Source of the DNA: Actinomycetota bacterium
GTDB taxonomy: Bacteria > Actinomycetota > Humimicrobiia > Humimicrobiales > Humimicrobiaceae
Assembly (NCBI GenBank): GCA_014360385.1
Contig: JACIXO010000001.1
Coordinates: forward strand, 1 to 28,750
Reading direction: 5' to 3'
Length of the DNA stretch: 28,750 nucleotides
Shown here: in pieces, positions 1 through 9,491 of the stretch
How positions within the stretch are numbered: the first letter of the stretch is position 1
Layout: each line of letters begins with the position of its first letter
Translations under genes and position numbers: made by a program
Notes under the pieces: generated by a model
Told to the model about the DNA's origin: nothing
What the model saw: the letters and a program-made list of their open reading frames with translations, nothing else
The model's database searches: none

Positions 1-10
1 TAACTTTCAT
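1..10 (-). CDS. 5' end of a gene running off the left edge (M-K-V...), product unknown; could be a further BMC-locus gene
   Basis: ATG at 10-8 on the minus strand (ATG AAA GTT), preceded by duplicated AGAGGA purine tracts, 77 nt downstream of the EutN/CcmL stop. Only 3 codons are visible. Confidence 0.3.
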
Positions 11-31
11 TCCTCTAAAATTCCTCTAAAA
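10..31. repeat. 11-bp tandem duplication (ttcctctaaaa x2), followed by degenerate 14- and 9-bp period repeats to about position 62
   Basis: Read directly: 10-20 and 21-31 are identical. Confidence 0.85.
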
Positions 32-87
32 TACTTTCCCTAAAATACCTATTCTACCTATTTGGATTTAGTATATTATATTTAAGT

Positions 88-360
88 TCACTTTACTATA
101 TTTACTTTATCAATAATAGCAACAATAGTAGCATCAGTCGGGACATCCTCGCCATCAAATGCCCAGGTTGCTTCCATTCCATCTTCATAACCAACCAGGT
201 CCCCTATGCTTGAAGATGTAACATCTAAAGCCACAAGAAAACTCCCAACATCATTCCCGGTTTCCATATCTACTGGCTGGATTATCTGAATTTTCTTCCC
301 TTCCAGGCCTTTATATTTCATGGTAGAGATTACTTTTCCGATAACTCTTGCATAAAACAT
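88..360 (-). CDS. EutN/CcmL family bacterial microcompartment vertex (pentamer, BMC-P) protein
   Basis: 90 aa. N-terminal 'ARVIGKVISTMK', 'VALD....IGDLV' and C-terminal 'P.DATIVAIID' match the Pfam EutN_CcmL pattern. AAGGT SD-like sequence upstream. Confidence 0.9.
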   Translation of the reverse strand: MFYARVIGKVISTMKYKGLEGKKIQIIQPVDMETGNDVGSFLVALDVTSSSIGDLVGYEDGMEATWAFDGEDVPTDATIVAIIDKVNIVK

Positions 361-502
361 ATATACCTTACCTTGTGTCTTAAAAATGTCTATTATGGAT
401 GTGCCTTTATATTACAAGATGCACCTTATCCATCTCTTACTACCGTGCTTAACTTCACAGCCACTCTTTTCCAGTAATGCCATAAACCAGATTAACAGAA
501 TC

Positions 503-536
503 AGTCAGGCTTTGCAAGATATTGCAGAGCCTGACT
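503..536. other. 15-bp stem hairpin (agtcaggctttgcaa-gata-ttgcagagcctgact) in the fhs-ccmL spacer
   Basis: Arms are complementary with one G-U (plus strand) or C-A (minus strand) position. Confidence 0.7.
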
Positions 537-538
537 AT

Positions 539-567
539 AAAACTTGCCTGTGCCCGGGCATAGCAAG
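539..567 (-). terminator. Possible intrinsic terminator downstream of fhs
   Basis: Minus strand CTTGCTATGC-CCGG-GCACAGGCAAG followed by TTTT, about 45 nt after the fhs stop. The stem is imperfect and the U-tract short. Confidence 0.4.
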
Positions 568-610
568 CATCATAATAAGAATCTAAAAAGCATATGGACA
601 AGATTTTTTA

Positions 611-2308
611 CTAGAAAAGTCCCACTACATTTCCATTTTCATCAATATCTACTTTGGTTCCAGCGGGAACTTTGGGAAGCCCGGGCATTGTTCTCATTTC
701 ACCCAAAAGTGGATACAAAAAGCCTGCTCCCACTGAGGCTCTGACATCCCTTATTGGAACTCTAAACCCTCTGGGCCTACCTTTAAGGTTGGGGTCATGA
801 CTCAAAGAAAGATGGGTCTTAGCCATGCAGATTGGAAGCTTATCAAAACCCTGCTTTGTATATAGCTCAATTTTCTGTTCAGCCAGAGGTAGATAATCAA
901 CTCCATCTGCTCCATATATCTTTGTGGCGATAGTCTCTATTTTCTTTTTGATCGGCCACTCTAAGGGATAAAGAAACTTAAATTCACTCGGTTTTTCAGC
1001 AGCCTTTACAACTGCCTCAGCAAGCTCTATTCCACCTTCCCCGCCTTTTTCCCATACCTTGCTAACCACTGCATCTTCAGCACCTGCAGCTATAGCTCTT
1101 TCTTTTATTACCTCAATTTCTTCCTGTGTATCAGCATAGAAATGATTTATAGCAACGACTACAGGAACTCCAAAAAGCTTCATGTTTTCGATCATTTTCT
1201 CTAAGTTTTCACAGCCTTTTCTAACAGCTTCCACATTTGGCTTCTCCATAAGCTCCTTGTCCACAGCCTGTCCAGGAACAAAGTCAAAGCCACCACCATG
1301 CATCTTTAGAGCCCTTACAGTACAGACTATAACTACAGCATTTGGCTTAAGACCACTGTACCTGCATTTTATATTCATAAATTTCTCAGCGCCGCAGTCT
1401 GCACCAAATCCACTCTCAGTAACCACAAAATCTGCTAGCTTTATAGCTATTAAATCTGCAAGAATTGAACTATTTCCATGTGCAATATTAGCAAAAGGAC
1501 CTGCATGAACGAAGCATGCAGTATGTTCTATAGTTTGAAGCAAATTAGGCTTTATGGCATCCTTAAGCAGCACTGTCATAGCGCCTGCGCATTTTAAATC
1601 TTCAGCAGTAACAGGCTTACCACTACGTGTAGACCCTACAACCATTCTACCAAGTCTTTGCCTTAAATCTTTAAGACTAGTAGTGAGAGCAAGGATTGCC
1701 ATGACCTCAGAAGCTACTGTAATATCAAATCCGGTTTCTCTGGGAATTCCATTTTGTGGACCTCCCAGCCCTATAATGATATTTCTCAAAGCTCTATCAC
1801 TTATGTCCACAACTCTATTCAAAGTTATACTAAATGGATCTATGTCAAGTTCATTACCTTTCATAAGATGGGTATCAAGAAAAGCTGCAAGAAGATTATG
1901 AGCAGCACCTACAGCGTGGTTATCACCAGTTAAATGAAGATTAAAATCCTCCATTGGAAGAACCTGTGAATATCCTCCTCCCGCAGCTCCTCCTTTTATC
2001 CCGAATACAGGTCCAAGAGAGGGCTGCCTTATACAGGTGATAGTCTTTTTGCCTATTTTATTGAGGGCCATGCTCAAACCAATAGTGGTAACAGTCTTTC
2101 CCTCCCCAAGAGGTGTGGGAGTAATTGCGGTAACATCGATATATTTTCCGTTGGGTCTATCCTTAAATTTATCAAGAACTTCAAGCTTTACTTTTGCCTT
2201 GTAATTTCCATAAAGTTCTAAGTCTTCCTCATTCAGACCTATGGACTGGGCTATTTCTACAATGTGCTTCATTTTAGCAGCTTGAGCAATTTCAAGGTCG
2301 CTTTTCAC
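611..2308 (-). CDS. fhs: Formate--tetrahydrofolate ligase
   Basis: 565 aa. 'MKSDLEIAQ', '[13 protein letters not shown]', '[19 protein letters not shown]', '[11 protein letters not shown]', 'TMPGLPK' motifs. GTG start with AGGAG SD. Confidence 0.98.
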   Translation of the reverse strand: MKSDLEIAQAAKMKHIVEIAQSIGLNEEDLELYGNYKAKVKLEVLDKFKDRPNGKYIDVTAITPTPLGEGKTVTTIGLSMALNKIGKKTITCIRQPSLGPVFGIKGGAAGGGYSQVLPMEDFNLHLTGDNHAVGAAHNLLAAFLDTHLMKGNELDIDPFSITLNRVVDISDRALRNIIIGLGGPQNGIPRETGFDITVASEVMAILALTTSLKDLRQRLGRMVVGSTRSGKPVTAEDLKCAGAMTVLLKDAIKPNLLQTIEHTACFVHAGPFANIAHGNSSILADLIAIKLADFVVTESGFGADCGAEKFMNIKCRYSGLKPNAVVIVCTVRALKMHGGGFDFVPGQAVDKELMEKPNVEAVRKGCENLEKMIENMKLFGVPVVVAINHFYADTQEEIEVIKERAIAAGAEDAVVSKVWEKGGEGGIELAEAVVKAAEKPSEFKFLYPLEWPIKKKIETIATKIYGADGVDYLPLAEQKIELYTKQGFDKLPICMAKTHLSLSHDPNLKGRPRGFRVPIRDVRASVGAGFLYPLLGEMRTMPGLPKVPAGTKVDIDENGNVVGLF

Positions 2309-2362
2309 CGTAGCACTCCTTTCCTCTGGGTTATTTAATTTTAAAATACCTCATTTTGGAAA

Positions 2363-3709
2363 TCATGAAGAAACATATTCCCTTAGAAACCTCGGAACTT
2401 CCCCTGCTTCTCTCGGTCCTACAACAACTTTCCACTCATTACCAAGTTCATCTTCCAGCTCCCCCTGAAGCTGTGCCACATATCCAGGAATTACTAAACT
2501 TCTATGTTTAACTTTGTTCTCTATACCGCTTCTTTTAATAAATTTTGCTATCTCTTCAGGAACAAATTTCCCTGCAGCCCACGCAGTAAGAACTGACTGG
2601 CCTTCCACATTCATAACCAGGAGCCAGGAAGGGACTTTGCTGTTCTCTACTTCACCTGAGATTATAAAATATGTGAGAGAAAAATTGGTAGTAATCAAAA
2701 CTGGGGAATCTTCATTGGGGCTACCGATTTCGTATACTTTTTCTTCAACCTGCATTGGTTGTCTTGGATCAGTGTAGATATTTTGTCTATAGACTAAAAG
2801 AGGATAAATGTTTTGAGGACTGGGATTAGCTAAAACTATTATAGAACCATATTTAGCCACAAAAATGGATGCAATAAGAGCTTCCTTTAAGGGATTGTCA
2901 GTCATTTCGCATGGGAATACTATTGTGGGATATCCAAGAAGTCTATTTTTCTTTTTAATAGCAGCCGCTCGAAGAGCAATCTGGTTGTAGAAGTCTTCCT
3001 TAAGATTTCTTGAACCTATATCTATAACTAAATTTTTTATTCCTGCATTACGCATCTTTTCAGTGACTTCCATAATTTCGGTAAAAGATTTTCCCCTAAC
3101 TACTATTGGGCATCCTGTGCTTTTACCTATATTAATAAATTCATCAACACTGGCTGTATCTGCACCATGTAGAAGAGGCTTTTTCTCTTTTAATTTATCA
3201 CCAATAACCTTTAGAGTCTCAACATCAGAAGACACAAAAATAAGAGGTTTCTTGGTAAGTGAGCTTACCTTTTCAGAAACCTTGATAAACTTATCTCTGT
3301 TATTAGATTTATTTCTTACACAAATGGCATCTATTTTCAAAATCTGGCCAACTCTTTCATACTTGAGGCTCTCAATCTTTTTTACTCTCTCATCAACATC
3401 ATCCATGTCATCGTCAATAGTTATTGCAAAGGCATTAGGGTTAACAAACGTTCTTTCATGTCTGAACATTACAGTTTCTTCACCGACTTTAAACTGCTCT
3501 TCCCCTGCCCCAACTTCCACTTTTAAAATTGGAGGCTGGGAAGCCTCAGCAAGCTCAGCTTTGGCTTCTTCAGAGACATGCGGACATTTTTCCAGCTCAA
3601 CCTTTCCTGCAGCAAGCTGCATAGCAAAAGCAAGACACGTAGGAAACCCGCAATCCTTGCAGTTAGTTTTAGGAAGTCTTTTAAATATATCCAGACCACT
3701 TAAAGCCAT
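2363..3709 (-). CDS. acsC: Corrinoid iron-sulfur protein large (gamma) subunit
   Basis: 448 aa. N-terminal 4Fe-4S motif 'LPKTNCKDCGFPTCLAFA...C', 'YTDPRQP', 'TTNFSLTYF', 'SVLTAWAAGKF', 'GPREA'. AGGAG SD. Confidence 0.97.
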   Translation of the reverse strand: MALSGLDIFKRLPKTNCKDCGFPTCLAFAMQLAAGKVELEKCPHVSEEAKAELAEASQPPILKVEVGAGEEQFKVGEETVMFRHERTFVNPNAFAITIDDDMDDVDERVKKIESLKYERVGQILKIDAICVRNKSNNRDKFIKVSEKVSSLTKKPLIFVSSDVETLKVIGDKLKEKKPLLHGADTASVDEFINIGKSTGCPIVVRGKSFTEIMEVTEKMRNAGIKNLVIDIGSRNLKEDFYNQIALRAAAIKKKNRLLGYPTIVFPCEMTDNPLKEALIASIFVAKYGSIIVLANPSPQNIYPLLVYRQNIYTDPRQPMQVEEKVYEIGSPNEDSPVLITTNFSLTYFIISGEVENSKVPSWLLVMNVEGQSVLTAWAAGKFVPEEIAKFIKRSGIENKVKHRSLVIPGYVAQLQGELEDELGNEWKVVVGPREAGEVPRFLREYVSS

Positions 3710-3839
3710 AAATCACACTCCTTTTTAAGTCCTTATATATCAAATTCATTACATATCTTATAGCATACATTGACTTTCTTTTGTAAGTTTATAGCATTAT
3801 CTGCTATCTTTTCCCTTATATGTCTTATAGTATCTTTTA

Positions 3840-3861
3840 GCTTGTATATTGCTTGTATATA
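3840..3861. repeat. 11-bp period tandem duplication (gcttgtatat)
   Basis: Read directly in the acsB-acsC spacer. Confidence 0.75.
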
Positions 3862-3905
3862 TTGACTTAATTTCCAAATCTGCTTAAGAGGCTATTCTTA
3901 TATTT

Positions 3906-3955
3906 TTCCTACATTATTACTTTTTCTACATTCCTACATTATTACTTTTTCTACA
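3906..3955. repeat. 25-bp perfect tandem duplication covering the acsB stop codon
   Basis: ttcctacattattactttttctaca at 3906-3930 and 3931-3955. Confidence 0.9.
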
Positions 3956-6131
3956 TTATTGGCTCCATCTCCAGAGCAGGATGTCCCACCTTCTGCATCC
4001 ACTCAAGAACCTCCTCTTCGGTCTCGGCTTCTTCTTCAGTTGCAATCTTATCCACAAAATCAGGAATCCCGATTTCCCTGGCTCGCTGTTCAAGCAAATC
4101 TCTTATCTCCTCCTTTAACTCCTTAGGCATCCATACCAGCCTCTTAAGGCCACCATCTGCTCTTATAAATTTTCGCGAGCCGATGAAGAACTTACTAACC
4201 CCGATAAATCCAGGAGTCTGAATACCACCCCCAACCGATCCCGCAAGAGTCGAGAACTTCATTCCACAAGGAGTCATCCCCGGGTATTCTCTGTTGACAG
4301 CCATCACACCATTCGTCATAGGCAGTATAGCCACAATCACCTCAAAACACCCACAGGATGTCATCGGGTTAACAATCATTGAATAAGCTGAAAAAGATTC
4401 CAGAGTCTGGTTTGATGCCCTGTAAACGAACTCGTTTACACCCCTCCAGATACCCAGGGTCTCATCTATTGTCTCACCTTTCTTTATAGGCTGGTTAGGG
4501 CCTGTGGGATTTATCTCATAGCTAGCCTTACAGTCAAGCCAGTTATATGCTCCACAAAGTCCGGACCTTTCTGGAGAGACAACACACACATGGTTTGGAG
4601 CAAAAGACTGACAAAGAGTACAGGAATAGAAAGTATCTACAGATTCGTCTGTTAAGGTTCCCAGTCTTTCATCCCTCGTTCTAAAAATTTCTCTTGCCCT
4701 TCTTCTTAAGGCCGAGACATCTTCAGGATTGGTATAAATTTTTACCTGAACTTTATCCATTATATTACCAAACTGGGAATGCATTTTGGCATGAAGAATG
4801 GTGCCTATGTGTCTTATTTTAAATCCACTTTTAACCGCGTCTTTACTGAATCTGACCCAGGGAATATCCCTCTGACCCATATGAAAAACTCCTGAGGCAT
4901 AGTTCAAGAAATAATGTATTTGCCTTTCCATAACAGGTTCAAAGTCCTGCTGCATTTTTCTTCCTGCAACTTCTACCAATACCCCAAGTGGAAGAACACT
5001 TCCTTCTTCCACATCATCAACTTCGGGACCAAAAACCTCAATTTTTCCATCTTCTACCTCAGAGGGATCTACCATCACAAGCAGTTCCACTGCCTCGCTC
5101 TTATTACCCCCAAACTCGACATAGGTATTTTCCTTTCTCACCCTTTCTCCTTCAAATGCGGGTCCAAACGGAACTGGGACATCTACTTTGTCAACCGTTA
5201 TCTTAAGACCTCTTACTTCTATAGCCTTTGATACAATCTCCTCATCTGGAATATTTGAAACCACATGTTCATACGTACATATACCTCGAGGCAATATTTC
5301 GGGGATGGGAGTATCAGCAATAGTAGGAAAACCAAAGCTTATTGCACCTGCAGCATTAGCATATTTTTCCTCGTCAACTTCTCCTAAAGCAAGAACAAAT
5401 GCAAAAACTCTGTTCTTATTGTAGAGAAGCATTCTCCTTCCATCACCTGGCTGAACTCCACCAAAGCTCATAGCTGCTCTTGCTGCAAAGCCAAGAGAGT
5501 AAACAGTTGCACTGATATCTTTACCAAACGGGACAAGTCTTGTATCCCAACCAAGGTCTACCCCCTCCTCTGCTAATTGTTCAGCCATTGATTTTCCATC
5601 AGTAGAAGCACTCATAAAAACGTAAATATTTTTTTCCTGTAGCTCTCTTGCAATTCTAACTGCAGTTTTATTGTCTTTACATGCTCCTACACACGCTGCA
5701 AAACCTGGTGCAGTTCCATCCACAAATTCTATTCCTCTTTCTCTTATAATCACATCTGAGGCTGCACCGAGCCATATTCCTTCAACAGGAGATGGTCCAT
5801 CTATGTATTTTATTGCCTCTATTATCTCCTCCGCCCACAGCGTTGCAATTCCTGCATCAAGCGCAGCTCCAAGATAAGGTAGCCACACCCTATCACTTGG
5901 AACAGGTGGCAGCAATTTTTTGGCTTCTTCAATCACTATCTCTGCGTCAGCCAGCTTTTCCACTTTTATACCTGTCATGCTATATATGATAGGAAGATAA
6001 TATGCAGTATCAGGGAACTCAAGTTTTTGGTCCCTGCCATGCTTTTCTATGCAAGTTTTGAGAGTCTTCTCAGCTCTTTCTACAATCTTATAAGCACCTC
6101 TTATGGCACTTGACGCAATTATCTTAGACAT
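3951..6131 (-). CDS. acsB: Acetyl-CoA synthase (CODH/ACS complex, bacterial type with N-terminal domain)
   Basis: 726 aa. A-cluster ligands 'YSCTLCQSFAPNHVCVVSPERSGLCG' and 'PMTSCGCFE', 'GFIGVSK'. N-terminal 'FPDTAYYLP' domain. Confidence 0.98.
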   Translation of the reverse strand: MSKIIASSAIRGAYKIVERAEKTLKTCIEKHGRDQKLEFPDTAYYLPIIYSMTGIKVEKLADAEIVIEEAKKLLPPVPSDRVWLPYLGAALDAGIATLWAEEIIEAIKYIDGPSPVEGIWLGAASDVIIRERGIEFVDGTAPGFAACVGACKDNKTAVRIARELQEKNIYVFMSASTDGKSMAEQLAEEGVDLGWDTRLVPFGKDISATVYSLGFAARAAMSFGGVQPGDGRRMLLYNKNRVFAFVLALGEVDEEKYANAAGAISFGFPTIADTPIPEILPRGICTYEHVVSNIPDEEIVSKAIEVRGLKITVDKVDVPVPFGPAFEGERVRKENTYVEFGGNKSEAVELLVMVDPSEVEDGKIEVFGPEVDDVEEGSVLPLGVLVEVAGRKMQQDFEPVMERQIHYFLNYASGVFHMGQRDIPWVRFSKDAVKSGFKIRHIGTILHAKMHSQFGNIMDKVQVKIYTNPEDVSALRRRAREIFRTRDERLGTLTDESVDTFYSCTLCQSFAPNHVCVVSPERSGLCGAYNWLDCKASYEINPTGPNQPIKKGETIDETLGIWRGVNEFVYRASNQTLESFSAYSMIVNPMTSCGCFEVIVAILPMTNGVMAVNREYPGMTPCGMKFSTLAGSVGGGIQTPGFIGVSKFFIGSRKFIRADGGLKRLVWMPKELKEEIRDLLEQRAREIGIPDFVDKIATEEEAETEEEVLEWMQKVGHPALEMEPIM

Positions 6132-8121
6132 CTTTTAAAGCCCTCCTTGCCTCCATGTCAAATAGAACCCTCTCTTTCTTAACATCGATCTTTAATGCCT
6201 TCCTCCTGGATTGAATGTGCTCTATTACTTTATTGAGAACTTCATTTATATTGGAAACATATTCTAGTCTTCCGCCATATTTTTCTTCCCATTTTCTTGT
6301 CATTATATCCTTTACTTCCTCACTTGACTCTACAGGTATGGGCTCACCACTAAACACGACGTAAACTCCGGAAGCTGCAAAATAAGTGCCAATGGATAGT
6401 GCTTTTTCGCTCATCCACTCAGGTGCAATACCAGCCACCGGAAGATCACTTATGTCTTCCCCAAGCCCTCCTTCCTCTACTACTTCAGACAGAACTGTAA
6501 GTATCCTCGAATTATCAACACAGGAACCAAGGTGTAAAACAGGAGGTATTCCAACTGCTTCACATATTGATTTAAGCCCTTCTCCAGCATATTCCATAGC
6601 TTCGGGAATCATTACGCCACATTTAGCTGAAGCCAGTGCTCCACAACCTGTCTGAACTACTAAATAGTCTCTCTTTATTAACTCTCTGGTCAGGAAATTA
6701 TGATATCTGTCCTGAGTCAATCTTGCGTTATTGCAACCTACTATAGCTACCACACCCTGGATTCTGCCATCTATAATAGCATCATTAAGTGGCCTAAATG
6801 ATTCTCTAAACCTGCCACCCAGCATATATCTTATGTACTCATGTGAAAATCCAGCTACAAGATCTGATGTTATCTCTGGAATGTGAACCCTTTCTTTCCT
6901 GTTTCCAAAATTGTCTATTGCCATTTTGATTATCTGTCTTGCTATATCTACACCCTTCTCTTCTTCAAACTCCATATGAATTGCCCCAGGGATTTTACAT
7001 TTTGCTGAAGAAGTTACAAGCTTGGTATGATATTTCTTCGCAAGTTCACCCAGAGCCTGCATTATACACTGAATGTCAACAACCATAAGCTCTACCGCAC
7101 CGGTAGCTATAGCCATTTCCTGAGATAGAAAATTTCCAATCGGAGCTATGCCCTGTCGCATCAGCACCTCATTTGCTGTACAACAGATCCCAACCACATT
7201 GATACCATTAGCACCTTTGCTTTTAGCATATTCTACAAGTTCTTTATCATCCGAAAGCTCCGCGATAATCTCCGATAGAGTAGGCTCGTGACCGTGAACT
7301 ACAATATTCACCTCGTCTTTCTTCAACATTCCAAGATTGGTTTTTGCAGGAAGCGCTTGTGGAGTTGTGAAAAGGATGTCAGTAATCTCAGTAGCTATCA
7401 TAGAGCCTCCCCATCCGTCAGAAAGAGCAGTCCTTACAGCCTGGTCTAAAATATGTTCAGCATCCTGGTCAACCCCCATGTGGGTTCTATGCATAAGCTC
7501 GACCACTTCTCTGTCCACACCACGAGGAACTACCTTATTCTTTCTCCATATTTCCTGCCTCTTTTTAGGAGCTATGTTTATTAGATCTATTTCCCCTTCC
7601 TGCTGACCAAATAAGGAAAGAGCCTTTTTGGCAGTATCTATAGCTATATCTTTTGTATCTCTATCACCTATCTCTATTCCAAGATTTTTGGCAAACTTTA
7701 AAAGTTTTAATTCATCTTTAATCATAAGCCCCTGTGCCTTCCCCTCTGCTACCTGGCCTAATAAATGAGCTAAATCTCTACCGTGATCAGAATGAGCAGA
7801 AGCTCCAGCAGCAATGTGTCGGGCAAGGTTTCTTGCTGCTATTGTTCCAAGAGTTGCACCACAAAGACCAGTTTTGTCTTCTCTTACCCTGCATGGACCC
7901 ATAGCACAGTTTTTACAACAAATACCAGAAATCCCGGAACCAATGGGGCATGGCTTCATCTGTTTGGCTCTATCAAAAACAGTGCAAATCCCTTCAGACT
8001 CAACACACTCCAGAAGTTCAAGTATAGCTCTATCCTCACTTACCATATCACTTACCATATCAGAGTAACTTTGCGTTTCAGAACCAGGATTATTTTCCTT
8101 CTCTTTTTTATCATTGCTCAT
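6124..8121 (-). CDS. cooS: Anaerobic Ni-Fe carbon monoxide dehydrogenase catalytic subunit, ACS-associated
   Basis: 665 aa. B/D-cluster 'C..G....GICCKNCAMGPC', C-cluster ligands 'HGHEP', 'ICCTANE', 'DIQC', 'GCNN', 'TGCG', 'GSCVDN', Lys in 'MSEKA'. Overlaps the acsB start by 8 nt. Confidence 0.97.
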   Translation of the reverse strand: MSNDKKEKENNPGSETQSYSDMVSDMVSEDRAILELLECVESEGICTVFDRAKQMKPCPIGSGISGICCKNCAMGPCRVREDKTGLCGATLGTIAARNLARHIAAGASAHSDHGRDLAHLLGQVAEGKAQGLMIKDELKLLKFAKNLGIEIGDRDTKDIAIDTAKKALSLFGQQEGEIDLINIAPKKRQEIWRKNKVVPRGVDREVVELMHRTHMGVDQDAEHILDQAVRTALSDGWGGSMIATEITDILFTTPQALPAKTNLGMLKKDEVNIVVHGHEPTLSEIIAELSDDKELVEYAKSKGANGINVVGICCTANEVLMRQGIAPIGNFLSQEMAIATGAVELMVVDIQCIMQALGELAKKYHTKLVTSSAKCKIPGAIHMEFEEEKGVDIARQIIKMAIDNFGNRKERVHIPEITSDLVAGFSHEYIRYMLGGRFRESFRPLNDAIIDGRIQGVVAIVGCNNARLTQDRYHNFLTRELIKRDYLVVQTGCGALASAKCGVMIPEAMEYAGEGLKSICEAVGIPPVLHLGSCVDNSRILTVLSEVVEEGGLGEDISDLPVAGIAPEWMSEKALSIGTYFAASGVYVVFSGEPIPVESSEEVKDIMTRKWEEKYGGRLEYVSNINEVLNKVIEHIQSRRKALKIDVKKERVLFDMEARRALKDV
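8036..8062. repeat. 12-bp in-frame tandem duplication in the cooS 5' end (SDMV-SDMV)
   Basis: tcacttaccata x2. Confidence 0.85.
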
Positions 8122-8276
8122 TATTCTAACACCACCCTCCCGTTATTATTCTCCGTTCTTCTTATAACTTCCCACAGAATTATTTGCTACAAAATTGATA
8201 GCTACTTTCATGTGATTCATAATGGTTTCTGTTCTCAGTTTGACATACTATTAATGCCCTGGTGGTCTAGCCTTCT

Positions 8277-9218
8277 TTAAAGGAGCTCTTTTATTATCTC
8301 TTTTACCAGACTAACTGCTTTTGGATGTCTCATTACCAGAATATCAGCTCCAGCTATAAGCATACTCATAGCTGATATTGCTTCCCAATTTACTCCTCGC
8401 TCCTCAAGATCACCCCACTCCGGATATCGCTCCTCACTTTCTCTTACTTCTTTAACCTTCCATACTTCAGGAGCTAAATTACATATGATAGGCATCTGGG
8501 TCATTTTATCATCCTGCAAAAGCGCAGCAATTCTCAATCTCTCCATAGCAGAATAGCAATACTCAATACCATATCCAAGACTGGAAGTTGAAGGATCCAT
8601 AACTATCCGGTCCGGAGGAAGCCCAAGCTGAGTTAAAAGTATATTTAGCTGCTTTGCTATATTTACATCCAGGGGATTTAAAGCTATGACATTATTATTA
8701 TATCCCATAGCTGCAGCAGCAATTGTTTTATAGTTCTCTTCTTCAGCCCATCCAATCAGAATGCTTGTGTCAGCATTTTTTTCTGACACCTTTTTCATTA
8801 CTTCAGCCACATTTTCCAGAGAGCCTGCACCATATACAATAAGGGGTTTACTTATAGCTTCTCTAACTTTTTTTGTAAGTTCTGCAGCCTCCTCTGGTTT
8901 CATGTCTCCAACATCAGGATTTGTACTAACGAGTTGAAGACATATGGCCTCTGCTCCAAACTCATCAATACATTTCTTAGCCCATTTTACCGGATCATCA
9001 TAAACATCCCTATAATACTTATCTACACTTTCTGGCCATCCCTTTGGCCTGCTGTCATATACCTCAATTGCTATTATTGGTTTGTTCGGGATCTCACCTT
9101 CAAAAGTATGAAATGGTAGAGCAGTCTCACCCCCTACTTTTACCTCTAGATCTCCCTTGCCCAATTTAACTGTATTTATCTTGCCTGTGTATTCATTTTT
9201 TGGAACTTGAAATTCCAA
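8277..9218 (-). CDS. acsD: Corrinoid iron-sulfur protein small (delta) subunit
   Basis: 313 aa. 'VGGETALPF..FEG', 'YGIEY.YS.MER.R.AAL..DDKM.QMP', 'GADIL.MRHP'. TTG start with AGGAGG SD. Confidence 0.96.
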   Translation of the reverse strand: MEFQVPKNEYTGKINTVKLGKGDLEVKVGGETALPFHTFEGEIPNKPIIAIEVYDSRPKGWPESVDKYYRDVYDDPVKWAKKCIDEFGAEAICLQLVSTNPDVGDMKPEEAAELTKKVREAISKPLIVYGAGSLENVAEVMKKVSEKNADTSILIGWAEEENYKTIAAAAMGYNNNVIALNPLDVNIAKQLNILLTQLGLPPDRIVMDPSTSSLGYGIEYCYSAMERLRIAALLQDDKMTQMPIICNLAPEVWKVKEVRESEERYPEWGDLEERGVNWEAISAMSMLIAGADILVMRHPKAVSLVKEIIKELL

Positions 9219-9269
9219 CCTCTCCTCCTTTTTGTAACTTAACCTTTTAACTTAGCTTTTATGGTATTG

Positions 9270-9299
9270 TTGATTTAGAAATCAAGATTTAGAAATCAA
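9270..9299. promoter_or_regulatory. Palindrome TTGATTT-AG-AAATCAA, tandemly duplicated (14-bp unit gatttagaaatcaa x2); candidate regulator site upstream of acsD
   Basis: Sequence is seen directly; function is inferred only from its position 50-80 nt upstream of acsD. Confidence 0.35.
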
Positions 9300-9482
9300 G
9301 GCTGCCTAAAATTTTATTTTTTGGTTTCTGGCAATAAATCACCCACGCATATAAAACTTATTAATATAGATTTTATTCAAAGCTCTGCTTGAGAACCTTA
9401 TTTCTTTTAGCTACTTGACTAACCAGGAGATAGTTATCTTGCCGCCAATTATTAGCTCTATGCAATAAAACACAATTACGCT

Positions 9483-9491
9483 ATTGTAACA
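9483..9491 (-). promoter_or_regulatory. Candidate extended -10 promoter (TGtTACAAT) for acsD-cooS-acsB
   Basis: TGn + TACAAT on the minus strand in the 380-bp cooC-acsD spacer. No good -35. Confidence 0.35.

Noticed and set aside
412-483. 23-codon minus-strand ORF (MALLEKSGCEVKHGSKRWIRCIL) with faint HicA-like look
   Set aside because: No SD, too short, and the similarity is not convincing.
386-744. Plus-strand ORFs 386-586 and 544-744
   Set aside because: No SD and no recognisable motifs. They overlap hairpins or lie antisense to fhs.
2309-2365. Selenocysteine read-through at TGA stops (acsC, ccmL, comEA)
   Set aside because: The proteins are already full length at the TGA, and no SECIS-like hairpin or continuing homology is seen.
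8000-8121. BMC encapsulation peptide in the CooS N-terminal extension
   Set aside because: The amphipathic part (EDRAILELL...) corresponds to the normal CODH N-terminal helix, and the rest is polar and duplication-derived. No clear encapsulation peptide is seen on any WL protein.
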